Below are positions 37,855-48,957 of a DNA stretch of 64,000 bases, piece by piece. The notes under the pieces were generated by a model. The model made no database searches. It saw only the letters and a list, made by a program, of their open reading frames with translations, and was not told the origin of the DNA. The first letter of the stretch is position 1; each line of letters starts with the position of its first letter. The position numbers and the translations under genes are program-made. Source of the DNA: a virus; the IMG/VR virus record IMGVR_UViG_3300028840_005764, positions 64,001-128,000 of that record; one strand, given 5' to 3'.

Positions 37855-38214
37855 CTAGAACAGGTCGTAGAGCAGGCCGTGGACGTAACCGTAGGGCTCG
37901 CAGTTGTAGCGCTCTGCGATGTACCGCCAGATGATGTCCTGCGACACGCCACGCGGCTCGGTGTCGCCAGCCCCAAGGTCGCTGTTGCCCGGCTTGCGGC
38001 GGGCGGTCTGGATGACGTAGAACGCGGCCTCCACGGCCGTGGTCAGCTCGTTGCCCGCCGCGAACTCCTCGTCCAGCAGACGCAGCGCCTTGCACGCGGC
38101 CTTGCTCAGCCGGTGTGCTGCGAGGCCAGCACCCTTCATGTGGGTGTAGAGCTGCCAGTCATCGGCCTTCATCTTCATGATCTTCTCTTCGTGCTGCTGT
38201 CGGATCTTGTTCAT
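37855..38214 (-). CDS. Hypothetical protein
   Basis: RBS AGGAG, GC-rich codon usage. Confidence 0.6.
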   Translation of the reverse strand: MNKIRQQHEEKIMKMKADDWQLYTHMKGAGLAAHRLSKAACKALRLLDEEFAAGNELTTAVEAAFYVIQTARRKPGNSDLGAGDTEPRGVSQDIIWRYIAERYNCEPYGYVHGLLYDLF

Positions 38215-38288
38215 GGTGTTTCTCCTAAAACTTTGGTGGTTTTTTCGTGCCCTTTAAGGGGGCGGCGGTTGTCCACCGCCCCCAGGTT

Positions 38289-40718
38289 TTACTTCAACAT
38301 CTCTCGGATGATGCCCAGCGCCACGTCCGTCTCGTTGACCACGGACACACCGTCCACGACCTCACCGAACACCGCGCGCTTGGCCTCGATCATGCTGGCC
38401 AGGTACGTGTCGATCGAACCCATCATGTCCAGGTACTCGACGAACACCGGCGCGGTCTGGCCGATCCTGTGCAGCCTGTCCTCGGCCTGCGCCAGGTCAG
38501 CGGGGCGCCAGGTGCGCTCGACGAACAGCGCGTTCTGGCAGCGGTCCTGGAGGCCGTCAGTGCCGGTGCCAGCGGCCATGATGCTGAGCACTGCCACTCG
38601 AGCCTGGCCAGTCCTGAAGGTGTCCACGGCAGCCTGGCGCTGGTCGCTGGTGTCGCCACCGAGGATGCTCACGACCTCGTGCCCGGCCTCGCGCAGTCCC
38701 TTGGCCATGGCGGTCAGCACGCTGCGATGGTGGGCGAAGATCACAAGCTGCTCGTCCTCGCGGCTGGCCAAGAAGTCAGCGGCGTGGGCCACAGCCTGCT
38801 CGGTCTTGGCCTCAGCAGCCAGGCGTCGCAGTGTGGTCAGGCGGGCGATGGCCTCGGCACGCTGGGCTTTGGCCAGCTTGTCACCACCTTGTGCAGCGGC
38901 CCAGGACAGGAAGTCGCTGGCAGCCTGGCTGTACTCACGGCGGTCAGCGGCCTTGACCTCGATGTTGGTGCAGGTCACGGTCTTGGCCGGCAGGTCCTCG
39001 AGCACCTCGGACTTGCGCCTGCGGACCATGTAGTGACCGATCAGCTGGTCGTGGAGGCGATCGGCATTGCTCACGCCCGTGAAGTCCCAGCCCCAGCGCC
39101 CACGGTGCCCGGCGCAGAACTCGATCCCGAAGTTGAAGAAGGACTTCCACACCACGGGGTCGCAGATGTTCAGCTGGTGCCAGAGCTCTTTCGGGCGGTT
39201 CAACATGGGAGTGCCGGTGAGCAGCATGCGCTTGGTGACGGTCTTGGCGATGGCGTTGCACGCCTTGCTCCGTGCGCTCTTGCTGTTCATGACATAGTGG
39301 CTCTCGTCGAGCACGAGGGTGGAGAAGCCCGCGGCGCACAACACGTCTTGGTGGCGGCGCAGCAGGTCGTAGTTGATGACCACGACGTCGGCAGCCTTGC
39401 AATTTTCGGTAGTCATACTGTCGCTTTTGTTGGTTTTGCGGCCCTCGACCACCTCGAAGATCTTGTTGCCGTCGACAACGGCGATCTTGTGGGTGACGCC
39501 GTTGTTGAGCCAGGTGTTGACCTGGCGCGCCCAGTTGAGTTTGACGTTGGCCGGGACCACGATGAGCGCCGGGAGGCGGCTTGCGTCGCGGCTGAGGTAC
39601 GCCAGGGCCTGCACGGTCTTGCCAAGGCCCATGTCGTCGGCCACGATGGCCCCGAACTTCTCGCCCTGCCGCTCCAGGAACCGGACGCCGGCACTCTGGA
39701 AGGGGTAGAGCCGGCCACCGGGCAGCTCGATGGCCTCGTCAGCCTCGACGTTGGTGGCCCGTGCCAGGCGCTTGGCGTCGGCCTCGCGCTCCTCGCGCCC
39801 TTCGAGCTCAGGGGCCCACCGCACGTCCTCGCCGTACATGTCCTTGATGATGGCCACGGCCTCGTCCCAGCTCGGGCGAGTGACCCACCACGCCTTGGTC
39901 TGGGGGTCGAAGCGGCGATGGCCGCGGGGCAGGGCCTTGATGCGGGCCACCAGCGTGGGGTTGTACGGCGCCTTGATGCCCAGCTCGCTGCCGCGCACCT
40001 TGGTCAGACAGGTGGGCTCGTTGTTCTCGGGCTTGGCCTTGGGCGTGGCCTCGGTGGTCGCAGGCGCCTGCTCGGTCTGCTCGACCAGCTCACGGGCCTC
40101 GCGGCTGAAGGTGGCCTTGGGGAAGTTCTCAGCGATCATGGCGAAGACCTGCTTGGCGATGGCTGGCTTGGTCGCGAACTCGTTGCGCTTCTCGGCCCGG
40201 TTGAAGAACCGGGTGGGGATCGCCCGGAACTTGTCGAGCAGCTCGGGGCAGTAGCTGGTCTTGACGGCGAGGCGCTTGCCGTACTTGCCTGCGTCCACGA
40301 CGCTGACGGCGGCCTTGCGCGCGCCCTGGTCATGACCCTTGATGCGAAGGTTGGCACCGGCGATGGCCGCGCTGTTCCGGAGGCCGAGGGCCACAAGGGC
40401 GTCGCAAGCGGCTGTGGCCTGCTCAGGGGCGAGACCCTGGCACAGGGCCTGGAGGATGGCGTTGCCCGCCTTGTTCAGGCCGGCGTCGAGGGAGATGGTG
40501 AGACCGGCTCGGGCACAGGCCTCGTCAAAGGCCACGGGGTCAGCCGCGCCGTTGACCTGGTCGAGGACGTAGCGGTAGGTCTGGGCGCACCACGGCCCCA
40601 TCCCGCGCTCGGCGCTCTCGGGCACGAAGAGCGGCTCACCACACACGACGCAGTTGCCCAGCTGGCGGCGCTCCAGCTCCACGTTCACGCTGTTGTTGTC
40701 CTTGGTGGTCTTACACAT
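38289..40718 (-). CDS. SNF2-family (SMARCAL1/HARP-like) helicase with N-terminal DUF6011-like zinc ribbon
   Basis: CVVCG.PL..PES..RGMGPWC; LYPFQ, ADDMGLGKTVQ, DESH, LTGTPMLNRP.EL, QAEDRLHRIGQ. Confidence 0.92.
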   Translation of the reverse strand: MCKTTKDNNSVNVELERRQLGNCVVCGEPLFVPESAERGMGPWCAQTYRYVLDQVNGAADPVAFDEACARAGLTISLDAGLNKAGNAILQALCQGLAPEQATAACDALVALGLRNSAAIAGANLRIKGHDQGARKAAVSVVDAGKYGKRLAVKTSYCPELLDKFRAIPTRFFNRAEKRNEFATKPAIAKQVFAMIAENFPKATFSREARELVEQTEQAPATTEATPKAKPENNEPTCLTKVRGSELGIKAPYNPTLVARIKALPRGHRRFDPQTKAWWVTRPSWDEAVAIIKDMYGEDVRWAPELEGREEREADAKRLARATNVEADEAIELPGGRLYPFQSAGVRFLERQGEKFGAIVADDMGLGKTVQALAYLSRDASRLPALIVVPANVKLNWARQVNTWLNNGVTHKIAVVDGNKIFEVVEGRKTNKSDSMTTENCKAADVVVINYDLLRRHQDVLCAAGFSTLVLDESHYVMNSKSARSKACNAIAKTVTKRMLLTGTPMLNRPKELWHQLNICDPVVWKSFFNFGIEFCAGHRGRWGWDFTGVSNADRLHDQLIGHYMVRRRKSEVLEDLPAKTVTCTNIEVKAADRREYSQAASDFLSWAAAQGGDKLAKAQRAEAIARLTTLRRLAAEAKTEQAVAHAADFLASREDEQLVIFAHHRSVLTAMAKGLREAGHEVVSILGGDTSDQRQAAVDTFRTGQARVAVLSIMAAGTGTDGLQDRCQNALFVERTWRPADLAQAEDRLHRIGQTAPVFVEYLDMMGSIDTYLASMIEAKRAVFGEVVDGVSVVNETDVALGIIREMLK

Positions 40719-40976
40719 GATGTTGCCCTCGTTGGTTTGAGTTCTCGACGTGATGTCATCGTCTCAAAAAATGCTGATTTAATCAAACTTTATTTTCTTT
40801 ATTTTACAACAACAAGTTTTTATTGAATTTATTGGAAATCAAGATGAGTACTGCATTGAGACGATCTTCATTGGCAGCCACATCTCGAGCTATGCCAGCC
40901 ATACAGTAGGCTATATTAGCCACGAACCAGGGCTTTGAAATTATTAGTGTTTTTAGCTTTATGCTAGGCTAGGAGA

Positions 40977-43900
40977 TCAGGCAGGAACGTGGACCCAGAT
41001 GAAGCCGTGGCAGTGGCGGCAGCCGTACACGTACATGTCGCCGTCCAGGGCCAGGACCTCGACACCGGTGCTCTCTGCGTGGCAGCGGGCGCAGCTCACG
41101 TCGCACACGAAGCGGTGCAGCACGCGCACTTTCTCATCGGTGTCCGGGCGCCGCACCCAGTCCGGGCGCTGCTGGGGGTTGACGAGCAGCACGCCCCGGC
41201 CCTCGGGCAGGTCCTCGAGCACCTCGCAGAACGAACCCAGTGCGTCTCCAGGCATCTTGCTTTTCCAATAGGTATCCATCGTTCTGACCTCCGTTTGCCC
41301 AGCACAGGGCAGCCTGCTAAGCCTCAGCTACAGTCTGGGCACAAGTGCCGTTTGACTTCTCGCACTGCGCCGTCTTGTTGTTGCATCATCAATACTGGTA
41401 TGCAGTCTGTTCTCCATTTCCCGCAGTTCCAGCAGCACTTGAGCCCGTGGTATCGGATGATCGACAGATAAAGAATGCCCGCAGCTCGCCACGGGTCATT
41501 GCCCAGCGGGTGTTGTTGTAGATCGGGGTCTGCTGCTTCGATCTCCACTTGCTCTTGAGCCACTACCCATCCAGCGCCAAGTGCCACGGGCAGCCCTTTG
41601 TAGTCGCCGGCCACCTGCTTGCACACTTCCCAGCACCTGTTGAGTGTGGGCAGCCGCTCGTACCACACCGGGTGCTTGTCTTCGAGCTCTTGAGCGGTGA
41701 GGAGGGCACACTCGGCACAGCACGCACGCGCACTTGTCAGCCCGTCATAGTCGTGTTGCTCTATTTCGTTGCCACAGATTGGACAGCGCTTCATGGTTGA
41801 TCCTCCTCGGTCAGGGGTGGGTGCAGGTGACAGTCCTCACCATGCACCGGGCACGTGGTGTGGAACCTGGCCTGCTCGGCGCCGCACACCTGGCACACCC
41901 AGCGCCCCACGTCATCGAGGCGCATCCCGCGCAGGCCTCGGGGATCGTCGCACGTGCAGTTCCAGCAGTAGCCATTGGCAGTCATCGGTTCTGCCCCCAG
42001 ACCTCGGGCAGGAACCCGCCCTTGCACAGCCAGCCGTGCAGCGCGTCGAGGTGGTTGACCAGTTCGATCACCTCGTAGTCGTAGCACCCGCCCTTCGAGT
42101 CGCAGCCGTCACGCTCGGCGATGTCCACACAGATCTGCAGGATCTCTTTGAGACAGGCGTTGGGGTCCATCACTTGTCCTTTCTTGTTGTCATGACGCCA
42201 CCACTCTTTGCACCGACCGGACACCAGCGTAGAAAAACGTGGTGCCGCTTGGTCTGCGCACGTGGACCTTCACAGTGTTCTCACCGTAGTCCTCGACGCG
42301 CAGCACATAGTCGATGTTCTCAGGCTTGCTGCCATCGCCCCACACCACACGGTCACCGGGCACGAGGTCAACGGTCTTTTTCTCGATGGTCTCCATGTTC
42401 TCTCCCTAGCCCAGCGATGGGCTAGTACAGTATCACTCCCATGCTCAGCTCTTCGCAGTGCCGGGGCGCGTCCTCCAGCTCCAGGCCCAGGCGACCAGCG
42501 GCCCAGCCCACCTCGACCATGACATCCTCGCCGCAGGCCAATGCCGGGCAGGGCTCAGCCATCCCCCGTCTGCTGTACTCTGGCAGGACCTCCACCTTGA
42601 TGTTGAGCTTGTGGAGCTCGGTGGCGATCTTCATTGCCTGGTACAGGGTCATGCTGAGTCTCCCTCGTTGTAGCCCATCACTGGGCTAGTAGTAGTCGTC
42701 GGGATCGGGCGCCTGGTCCCAGGCGCACTCCATCAGCTCATCCAGCTCCACGGCACAGACCTCGCCGTCGGCCCACTTCACCACCACGATGTCGACGTGC
42801 AGCGCGCGGTACTCGCCGGGCTTGCCGTAGACGGACGAGAGCTTGATCATGGTGTCCTGGTCCATGTCCAGGATCTCGTGGGTTTCGCACTCGACGTCGT
42901 ACACCTCGAAGTCTCCACCCTCTTCGGGGTGGCAGTCCTCGGGTGGCCCCCAGATCTTGGCGGGGATCACGGGTGTGGCGTAGGCCTCGAAGCGCAGGGT
43001 GCGCTCACCATGCCGGGGGCCAGTGACGATCTCGTGGTGGTACTCGAAAAAGATGGTGCTCATGTCAGCTCTCCTCTCGCTGGATCCCGGTCAGGTTGCG
43101 CAGACGACGGACCTGTGCGACAGACACCAGGCCCAGCTGCTCGGCGACCTCTACCTCGCTCAGACTACAGTCGGACAGCAGCGCGTTGCGCAGGCGCTGG
43201 CGCTCGCGCTCCGCCAGGTACTGATCGGCGGCGCTGATCGCCTCGCGTGCTTTCTGCTGCCATCTTTCGTAGTCTGTCATTGATCGTCCTCCAGCTTTCC
43301 ATTATGCACGAAACGCTTATTTCATCAACATTTCTTTTCTTTATTTCATAACGTGTTGATATCTAGCCTATTCCTCGGCTAATGCGTACAGTGCCCAACT
43401 GCCCCCGGGCGCCGTTACCAGACCGGTGCCAGCGCATCGATCACAGCCTGGACACGGATCGTCGCTCACGTCGCCAAACTCCCAGCGCACCACTCGTTTG
43501 CCGCGCACGATCTCGGCCACCTCGCGCCCATGGCAGTTGCACTCGCGCTGGGACTCCGGGAGCACAGCACAGCTCGCCACGAGTCGGTACCGATACTCGC
43601 CCTCGCGGTACGCTGCTGGCCATTCGCAGCTGTAGTTGCCGTGTGCATACACCGTGCACGACAGGCCCCAGTAGTCGTTGCCAGTGAAATAGTCCAACAC
43701 CCACGGCACGTAGTCCGGATCCACGTTGTCCCACACGCCCCAGGCGCAGGCCTCGAGGGCCTTGGGCGGGGCCTCGAATTCATAGCCCCCGGTGTCGATG
43801 CCGTAGCCTATCGTGAGGCTAAGCCGCTGTTCCTCGGTCATTGTCGCATCTCCTTTCGCACGGGCAGGCTGAGTAGTTCCACCACCGTCAGGGCCACGGA

Positions 43901-45618
43901 GTGCTCGAGTTCTGCCCACGGCAAGCCCTCTGACACGTTGTCTGGCCACATGGCAGCGATCATGGGCTCGCCCGTTTGATAATCGGTGTAGTATTGGAAC
44001 GGTATGAGCTCACCATTCATGGTGGCCATGCCAATGATCATCAGCTGTGGTTCGTCGCCCGGCTCAGGCCGGGAGCAGTGCCAGTGCACGATGACGCCTC
44101 GCACTTCACCCTTGTGCTGCCCGCGCTTCACGGTGTGGAAATACAGGTCAATGGCGTCTGAGCTCAGCATGGCTTCTCCCTTGGCTGTTGGTGAGAAGAC
44201 GCGGGGCCCTGGTACTTTCTGACAGCAAACATCAAAAAAAATCAGCCTTTCTTTCTACCTCAGACCGTAAGTGGTCATTGTCGTAAAAGCGCTCAGAAGT
44301 TCTTCAAGCGTGCACGTGGTTCTGTCGGGTGGCCGCAGTGCTGAAAAGATCGTGTACCAGTCACGCCACCACCACGTGATGTCACGATAGCGCAGAGCCA
44401 GGTAGCAGCCGTTGGGCTCAGGGCGCAGAGCACGGCACACCAGCGGCCTGCGCCTCCACGACAGCACGCAGCCCCGGGCGCCGAGCATGCTGCATTGCCC
44501 CAGGATATGGCCTGTGCACGGCCCGTGGTACGGTAGGTCCTCGAACAACTCGTCGGTGGTTCGTGGTCGGACAAAGTACCGGCGGCGCGATCCTTCGGTC
44601 GGACCTCGCACCCAGTCCAGGGCCCAGCGGCCAGAGGCCAGGGCCTGCATCACGAGCTCAACACTGTGATCGAAGTCCGCGGGGTGCGCTGCACCGGGCT
44701 CGGTATGGCAACAGCGCCCGCGGCACACTTGGCACAGGACCGTTGGCCTGTACACGGCTATGTCAGCCCCGGCCACGGCTAATGCCCACAACACGGGTAG
44801 TCGATGCACCCGCAGCTGCAACCGATCCGCGACCCGTCCTGGAGGTAGACCCCGTAGCGATCGAAGTGTGAGGCCACGGCGCCGGGCGAACGATCGCCAC
44901 GCTCGTACGCCGTGCGGCCGTCATATCGTCCGTGGTTCACCTCGTGATCCGACTTCTCGCAGTCGACGCACGCAACGCGCCCCCCGCCGTACCACTTGGC
45001 GCGCGTCCCCCGCCGCAGACGCCAGCCACAGTGCACGCAGGTCCCCGCGTACTTCAACGTGATGACTCGTGCCATGTCCAGACCCAACCCTTCTAGCCCC
45101 TCACGGGGCTGCTGTAGCCCTTGTCAGGGCTAGTAGAGGACGACGCCCGTGCCCAGTGCATCGCTCCTCGACGGTACCTCGCGCAGCGTCATTCCCAGCA
45201 CGCCACACGCCCAGCCCACCTCAGTCCAGCAGTCGACGTCGCAGTACAGGGCGACACACGTCTTGCCGTACATGCACCGCCCACTGTACTCTTCCCTGAC
45301 CTCGACGCCATCAACCCCAGCGTCCTCGAGCAGTCTCACGATTTTGTGTGCCTGGTCCAGTGTCATGTCGCGTTCCTTTCTCTGGTTTGAGGTGTTCGGG
45401 GCTCAGGCGTCCCACGTCTTGACGCAGGTGCCGTCGATGTACGCCGTGATGTGCAGCACACCGTCGAGGTCCACGCCCATTGCGTCCCGGAGCTCGGCGT
45501 GCAGCGCCATCTCCGTACCGGCCTCTGCCAGCAGCCGGCCGTCTGACCACGCGAGGTGCTGGCCCCTGCCCTTGTACGTGGAGTGCGTTGTGTAGATGCC
45601 AGTTGTGCCTGTTGCCAT
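40977..45618 (-). CDS. Cluster of small GC-rich hypothetical genes (e.g. 40977-41279, 41324-41794, 41982-42224, 42190-42396, 42422-42652, 42686-43063, 43065-43280, 43368-43949, 43838-44170, 44779-45087, 45130-45366, 45403-45618)
   Basis: Contiguous minus-strand ORFs with GGAG-type RBSs, many Cys-rich. Confidence 0.55.
43301..43361 (-). promoter_or_regulatory. sigma70-like promoter with A-rich UP tract and IHF consensus site
   Basis: TTGATG-N16-CATAAT; upstream TATCAACACGTTA (43349-43361) fits WATCAANNNNTTR. Confidence 0.55.
44255..44821 (-). CDS. YkgJ/CxxCxxCC-family Fe-S/Zn-binding protein
   Basis: CQVCRGRCC ... CSML...GC.L....RP.VCR. Confidence 0.7.
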   Translation of the reverse strand: MQLRVHRLPVLWALAVAGADIAVYRPTVLCQVCRGRCCHTEPGAAHPADFDHSVELVMQALASGRWALDWVRGPTEGSRRRYFVRPRTTDELFEDLPYHGPCTGHILGQCSMLGARGCVLSWRRRPLVCRALRPEPNGCYLALRYRDITWWWRDWYTIFSALRPPDRTTCTLEELLSAFTTMTTYGLR

Positions 45619-45669
45619 GGTCGATCTCCTTTAGCCCTCAACGAGGCTGGTTTAGCTTACCAAACAGCT

Positions 45670-45697
45670 ATTCTAAAGCCTTATTCAACAATGTCAA
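45670..45697 (-). promoter_or_regulatory. Strong sigma70-like promoter
   Basis: TTGACA-N16-TAGAAT with upstream T tract, then RBS AAGGAG. Confidence 0.65.
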
Positions 45698-46608
45698 CAA
45701 AAAAAGTGTAAATAAAACCACAACAAGTTCCTATCACCGTTTATCCCGTAGTATACAAAGTATACTACATCGGATATCTCACCTCTAATCTAGCCCACCG
45801 CACGGCTAAAAACGCGCCCGCCCGCAGCCAGCCACCAGCCCCGCGCTGTTCCCCCACCAAATAGTTCCAACTACCACGACTATCACTGCTGTACTCCCCA
45901 CTACCCACTACCGTAGTACAGTACCCTGTACTGATATGTACTCGTTTTGAGGGTTTCGTTGTTTCCCTTTATATATTCTTTGTGCATTATGCGGTGTGCG
46001 GCTTTTCACGTGTGTTGTGTTGTGTGTCGGTCGTGTGGGTGTACGTCAGTGGCCACAGGCTCACAGTTTACAAGTTTACACAGTGGTTGTGGGGTGGGTG
46101 TGGGACGTGGTTAAACACCCCAAAACACCTGCCGCCACACCTCATCGAGGCCGTCAACCCCCAATTTTGACGTTTTTTCTGTCGCCGTTGAACCTCCTGT
46201 GTCGAGAGACACCACCCCGTTTCTATAGTACGTAGTACTACGGGAAAACTTTGGTGACTTTCACAGCCCCGCATAGGGCTGTAGCACCTGCACCTCAGGC
46301 TAAAAGTGTTTTAGCCGCAGCTAAGGCTAACTCAGCCTTGCACAGGTTTAGCCACACGTTATGCTAGTGTCTCGTTTTGACGCTTTCACACCTCCGGCTT
46401 AGGCACCAGCCCATCACTAGGCTAACGCCGAGTTAGTGTATCACTTTGGTACAGGGTTGATCCCGGGCTCAGCCCCGATAAAGCCCTACGTCATCAGCCA
46501 CACCTTAGGCTAAAAGCTCCTTGACTTTGACGGTTTTGTACCTTGCCTTTAGAGACACCTCCAAATATTTCGACCTCGGTTTTCAGCCTCGCTCTTGCAC
46601 CTGGCCCC

Positions 46609-47106
46609 CTACGGCATGCACACCCAGACCGGGGTGCTGCTGGTGCCCGCCACCCGCGTGACCGACGAGAACACCTCGCACAGCTCAGCCTCGATCTCTG
46701 ACGGTCTCAGGTCCGCCTTTCGAGGGCTCTGTGGGTAGTTGCACACCACGGATCCGTCCCACGTGCAGGCGTCGAACAGCTCACGGATCGTGATGCGCAG
46801 CATGGTGCGCGAGCTCAGTACGTTGAGCACGTTGCTGGCATACACCAGGGTGTATGTGCGGCTGAGCGCTCGGGTGTCGTGCACGCCTGGCCTGACGTTC
46901 TCCCCGAAGTCGTAGGCTGTGACGTCCAGGCCCCTGGCCCTTAGCATCTGCGCGTGTTGCGCCGTGGTCCCGGATCCGAAGTCTAGGATTGTGTCCTCGG
47001 GCCTGGCGATCTCCAGCACCATGCGTGGGACGATGGCCTTGGCACCCACGGCACCTGCGCCCCGGCTTGTGGCGTTAGCCACCTTGACATCAGCGGTCGA
47101 ATACAT
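46609..47106 (-). CDS. Small class I SAM-dependent methyltransferase
   Basis: ILDFGSG (motif I), YD, YTLVYASNVLNV. Confidence 0.8.
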   Translation of the reverse strand: MYSTADVKVANATSRGAGAVGAKAIVPRMVLEIARPEDTILDFGSGTTAQHAQMLRARGLDVTAYDFGENVRPGVHDTRALSRTYTLVYASNVLNVLSSRTMLRITIRELFDACTWDGSVVCNYPQSPRKADLRPSEIEAELCEVFSSVTRVAGTSSTPVWVCMP

Positions 47107-47471
47107 GGAAACACCTCCACATCTTTTGACGGTTTTTGACCGGCCTTAGCGCACCACGCCACAGGCGCACCCCGTGCACCCACACAGGGCGCGCCGCACA
47201 CGGCGCACACGGCGGCGCATGGCCCCGTCCCCGTTGTCTGCCAGGTGGCAAACGTAGGTCCACACGTCACACCCCAACGCCTGTGCGTGTGAGGCCACGG
47301 TCTGTGGCACGCGCACCCGGGTCTCGGTGCCGTGGAATGAATTCGACAGGGTCACGGTGGTGGTCTTGCTCATGTTCGCGCTCCTCTTTTTGACGGTCCC
47401 CAGCCCGCCGTTAGGGGTGGAGCCGGGCTGTTCTGTGGCACAACCCGGTGGAAGCCTAGGGGCAGGCTAAT

Positions 47472-48071
47472 CTAGCCTACGGCCTTGGTCAGCACCTCGG
47501 CACCCGCCCGCACCACGAGGTCCTCCACGCGCTCGACCTCCGCACTTTTGACGGATATGGACCCGCGCTTGTGCTGCGGCGGGAGCTTTGACGTCACCTC
47601 GCGATCGAAGCGCTCCATGGCATCGGTCACGCCCTCCTGCTCCAGGACAGCGTTGCGCGCCTTGGTCCCCTGCTTGCCGATTTTGATGGCCTCAGGGATC
47701 GCCTCTGCGAGGTAGCGCAGGGCGTCGTCACGCGTGATCCCCATGCGACGGATGAGGAGCGCACACACGATCGTGAAGGGGATCGACGTGGTGGGCTTGG
47801 CGTCGGGCACATCACGGCCCTTGGCGAACTCCCCGCACACGTGCACGTGAAAGTCAAAGGAGTGCGCGCCCGTTTCGAGGGCATCGCGTGCGCCGTTTAC
47901 CGTGTCTTTGCTCCCCCCATCTGTGAGGATCTTCGCCAGGGCGACGATCTGAGTGGAGGTGAGGTCCGCGATCTTGGTGGTGTTCTTGGCCATGGTACGC
48001 GCTCCCGTTTTGATGGGTGCCCATCTCCCCGTTAGGGCATGGTGAGGGGTTGTTCTTGGGCACAACCCCAC
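47472..48071 (-). CDS. Hypothetical protein
   Basis: Likely start MAKNTT after GGGAG. Confidence 0.6.
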   Translation of the reverse strand: MGLCPRTTPHHALTGRWAPIKTGARTMAKNTTKIADLTSTQIVALAKILTDGGSKDTVNGARDALETGAHSFDFHVHVCGEFAKGRDVPDAKPTTSIPFTIVCALLIRRMGITRDDALRYLAEAIPEAIKIGKQGTKARNAVLEQEGVTDAMERFDREVTSKLPPQHKRGSISVKSAEVERVEDLVVRAGAEVLTKAVG

Positions 48072-48084
48072 AAAGCCCGGGACT

Positions 48085-48891
48085 CTACTCGCTCGCGCTC
48101 AGCGCGGCGCTCAGCTTCGCCTTGCGTGCACCATGCGCAGGGAAGCCCACGATCCCCTTGCGCTGGCGTTGACAGAGCTTGCACGTGGCACACGTGATAT
48201 CATCGCGCACCGCAGCAGGACACACGCCCACGGTGCGGCCCGCAGGGGTTTTGACGGGTTTGTCGGTGCCCATAGGGAGCACGCAGACCACGGGCGCGAT
48301 CTCAAGTTCGGCCAGTGCGTCCACTTCTGCCAGGTTATCCGCGCTCAGGTTTACCGTGAATCCGCTTTCATTCATTGCCTGGATCACGGCCCTATTGTGC
48401 GCCGCATTTTCCTTGCCCGTTTCTCCCAATACGTCGTGATGCGTATACGTGAACCCCCCGCGGTTTGCGCCCACGGAATTTGCCTGGCACAACATGGCAG
48501 CAGACTCTGCGCAGATGCGATCGGGGTTGTCTTGCTCGGGGCGCAGATCTCCTAGTTCATTGTGTCGCCAGATCGTGACGCTATCCGGATCCATCTCTGC
48601 CACGGATTGGCAGAAATTTGACCAATTTGAGACGCTGTTATAGGCGCTGGCGTCGACGCGGTCCCAATGAAATCTACAGTTTCCCCCCTCCCCGTAACAA
48701 CCCCCCGATCCACGGAGCGGGCAGACGATCGGGCAAGTGGAACGGCTCGAACGGCTCACCGGGATCTCACCGGTTTTGATATTCTTTGAGACGTGGGTTA
48801 GTTGGTGCGTTGTCGGGCTCGCATTGCGTTTGGCGACGGTGAGAAGTGCGAGGAAAAGAGCGGCGATCGTGTTCTTGATCTCTGTCATCAT
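48085..48891 (-). CDS. Cys-rich phage protein, Gp88-like/radical-SAM-like (putative Fe-S)
   Basis: N.KTG.I, TCP..CP......CY, RHN..GD, FTYTH, VNLSA, CPA...TC..C.LC, GFPAHG. Confidence 0.65.
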   Translation of the reverse strand: MMTEIKNTIAALFLALLTVAKRNASPTTHQLTHVSKNIKTGEIPVSRSSRSTCPIVCPLRGSGGCYGEGGNCRFHWDRVDASAYNSVSNWSNFCQSVAEMDPDSVTIWRHNELGDLRPEQDNPDRICAESAAMLCQANSVGANRGGFTYTHHDVLGETGKENAAHNRAVIQAMNESGFTVNLSADNLAEVDALAELEIAPVVCVLPMGTDKPVKTPAGRTVGVCPAAVRDDITCATCKLCQRQRKGIVGFPAHGARKAKLSAALSASE

Positions 48892-48957
48892 GGCTTGATC
48901 CCTTCTGACGTCTTATGAAAACTTGGTGTGTTTTCTGCGCCCGTTTGCGTGTCTTGT

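Noticed and set aside
38247-40826. 859-aa plus-strand ORF and similar long antisense ORFs in GC-rich DNA
   Set aside because: These are shadows of the motif-bearing minus-strand genes, expected with strong GC3 bias.
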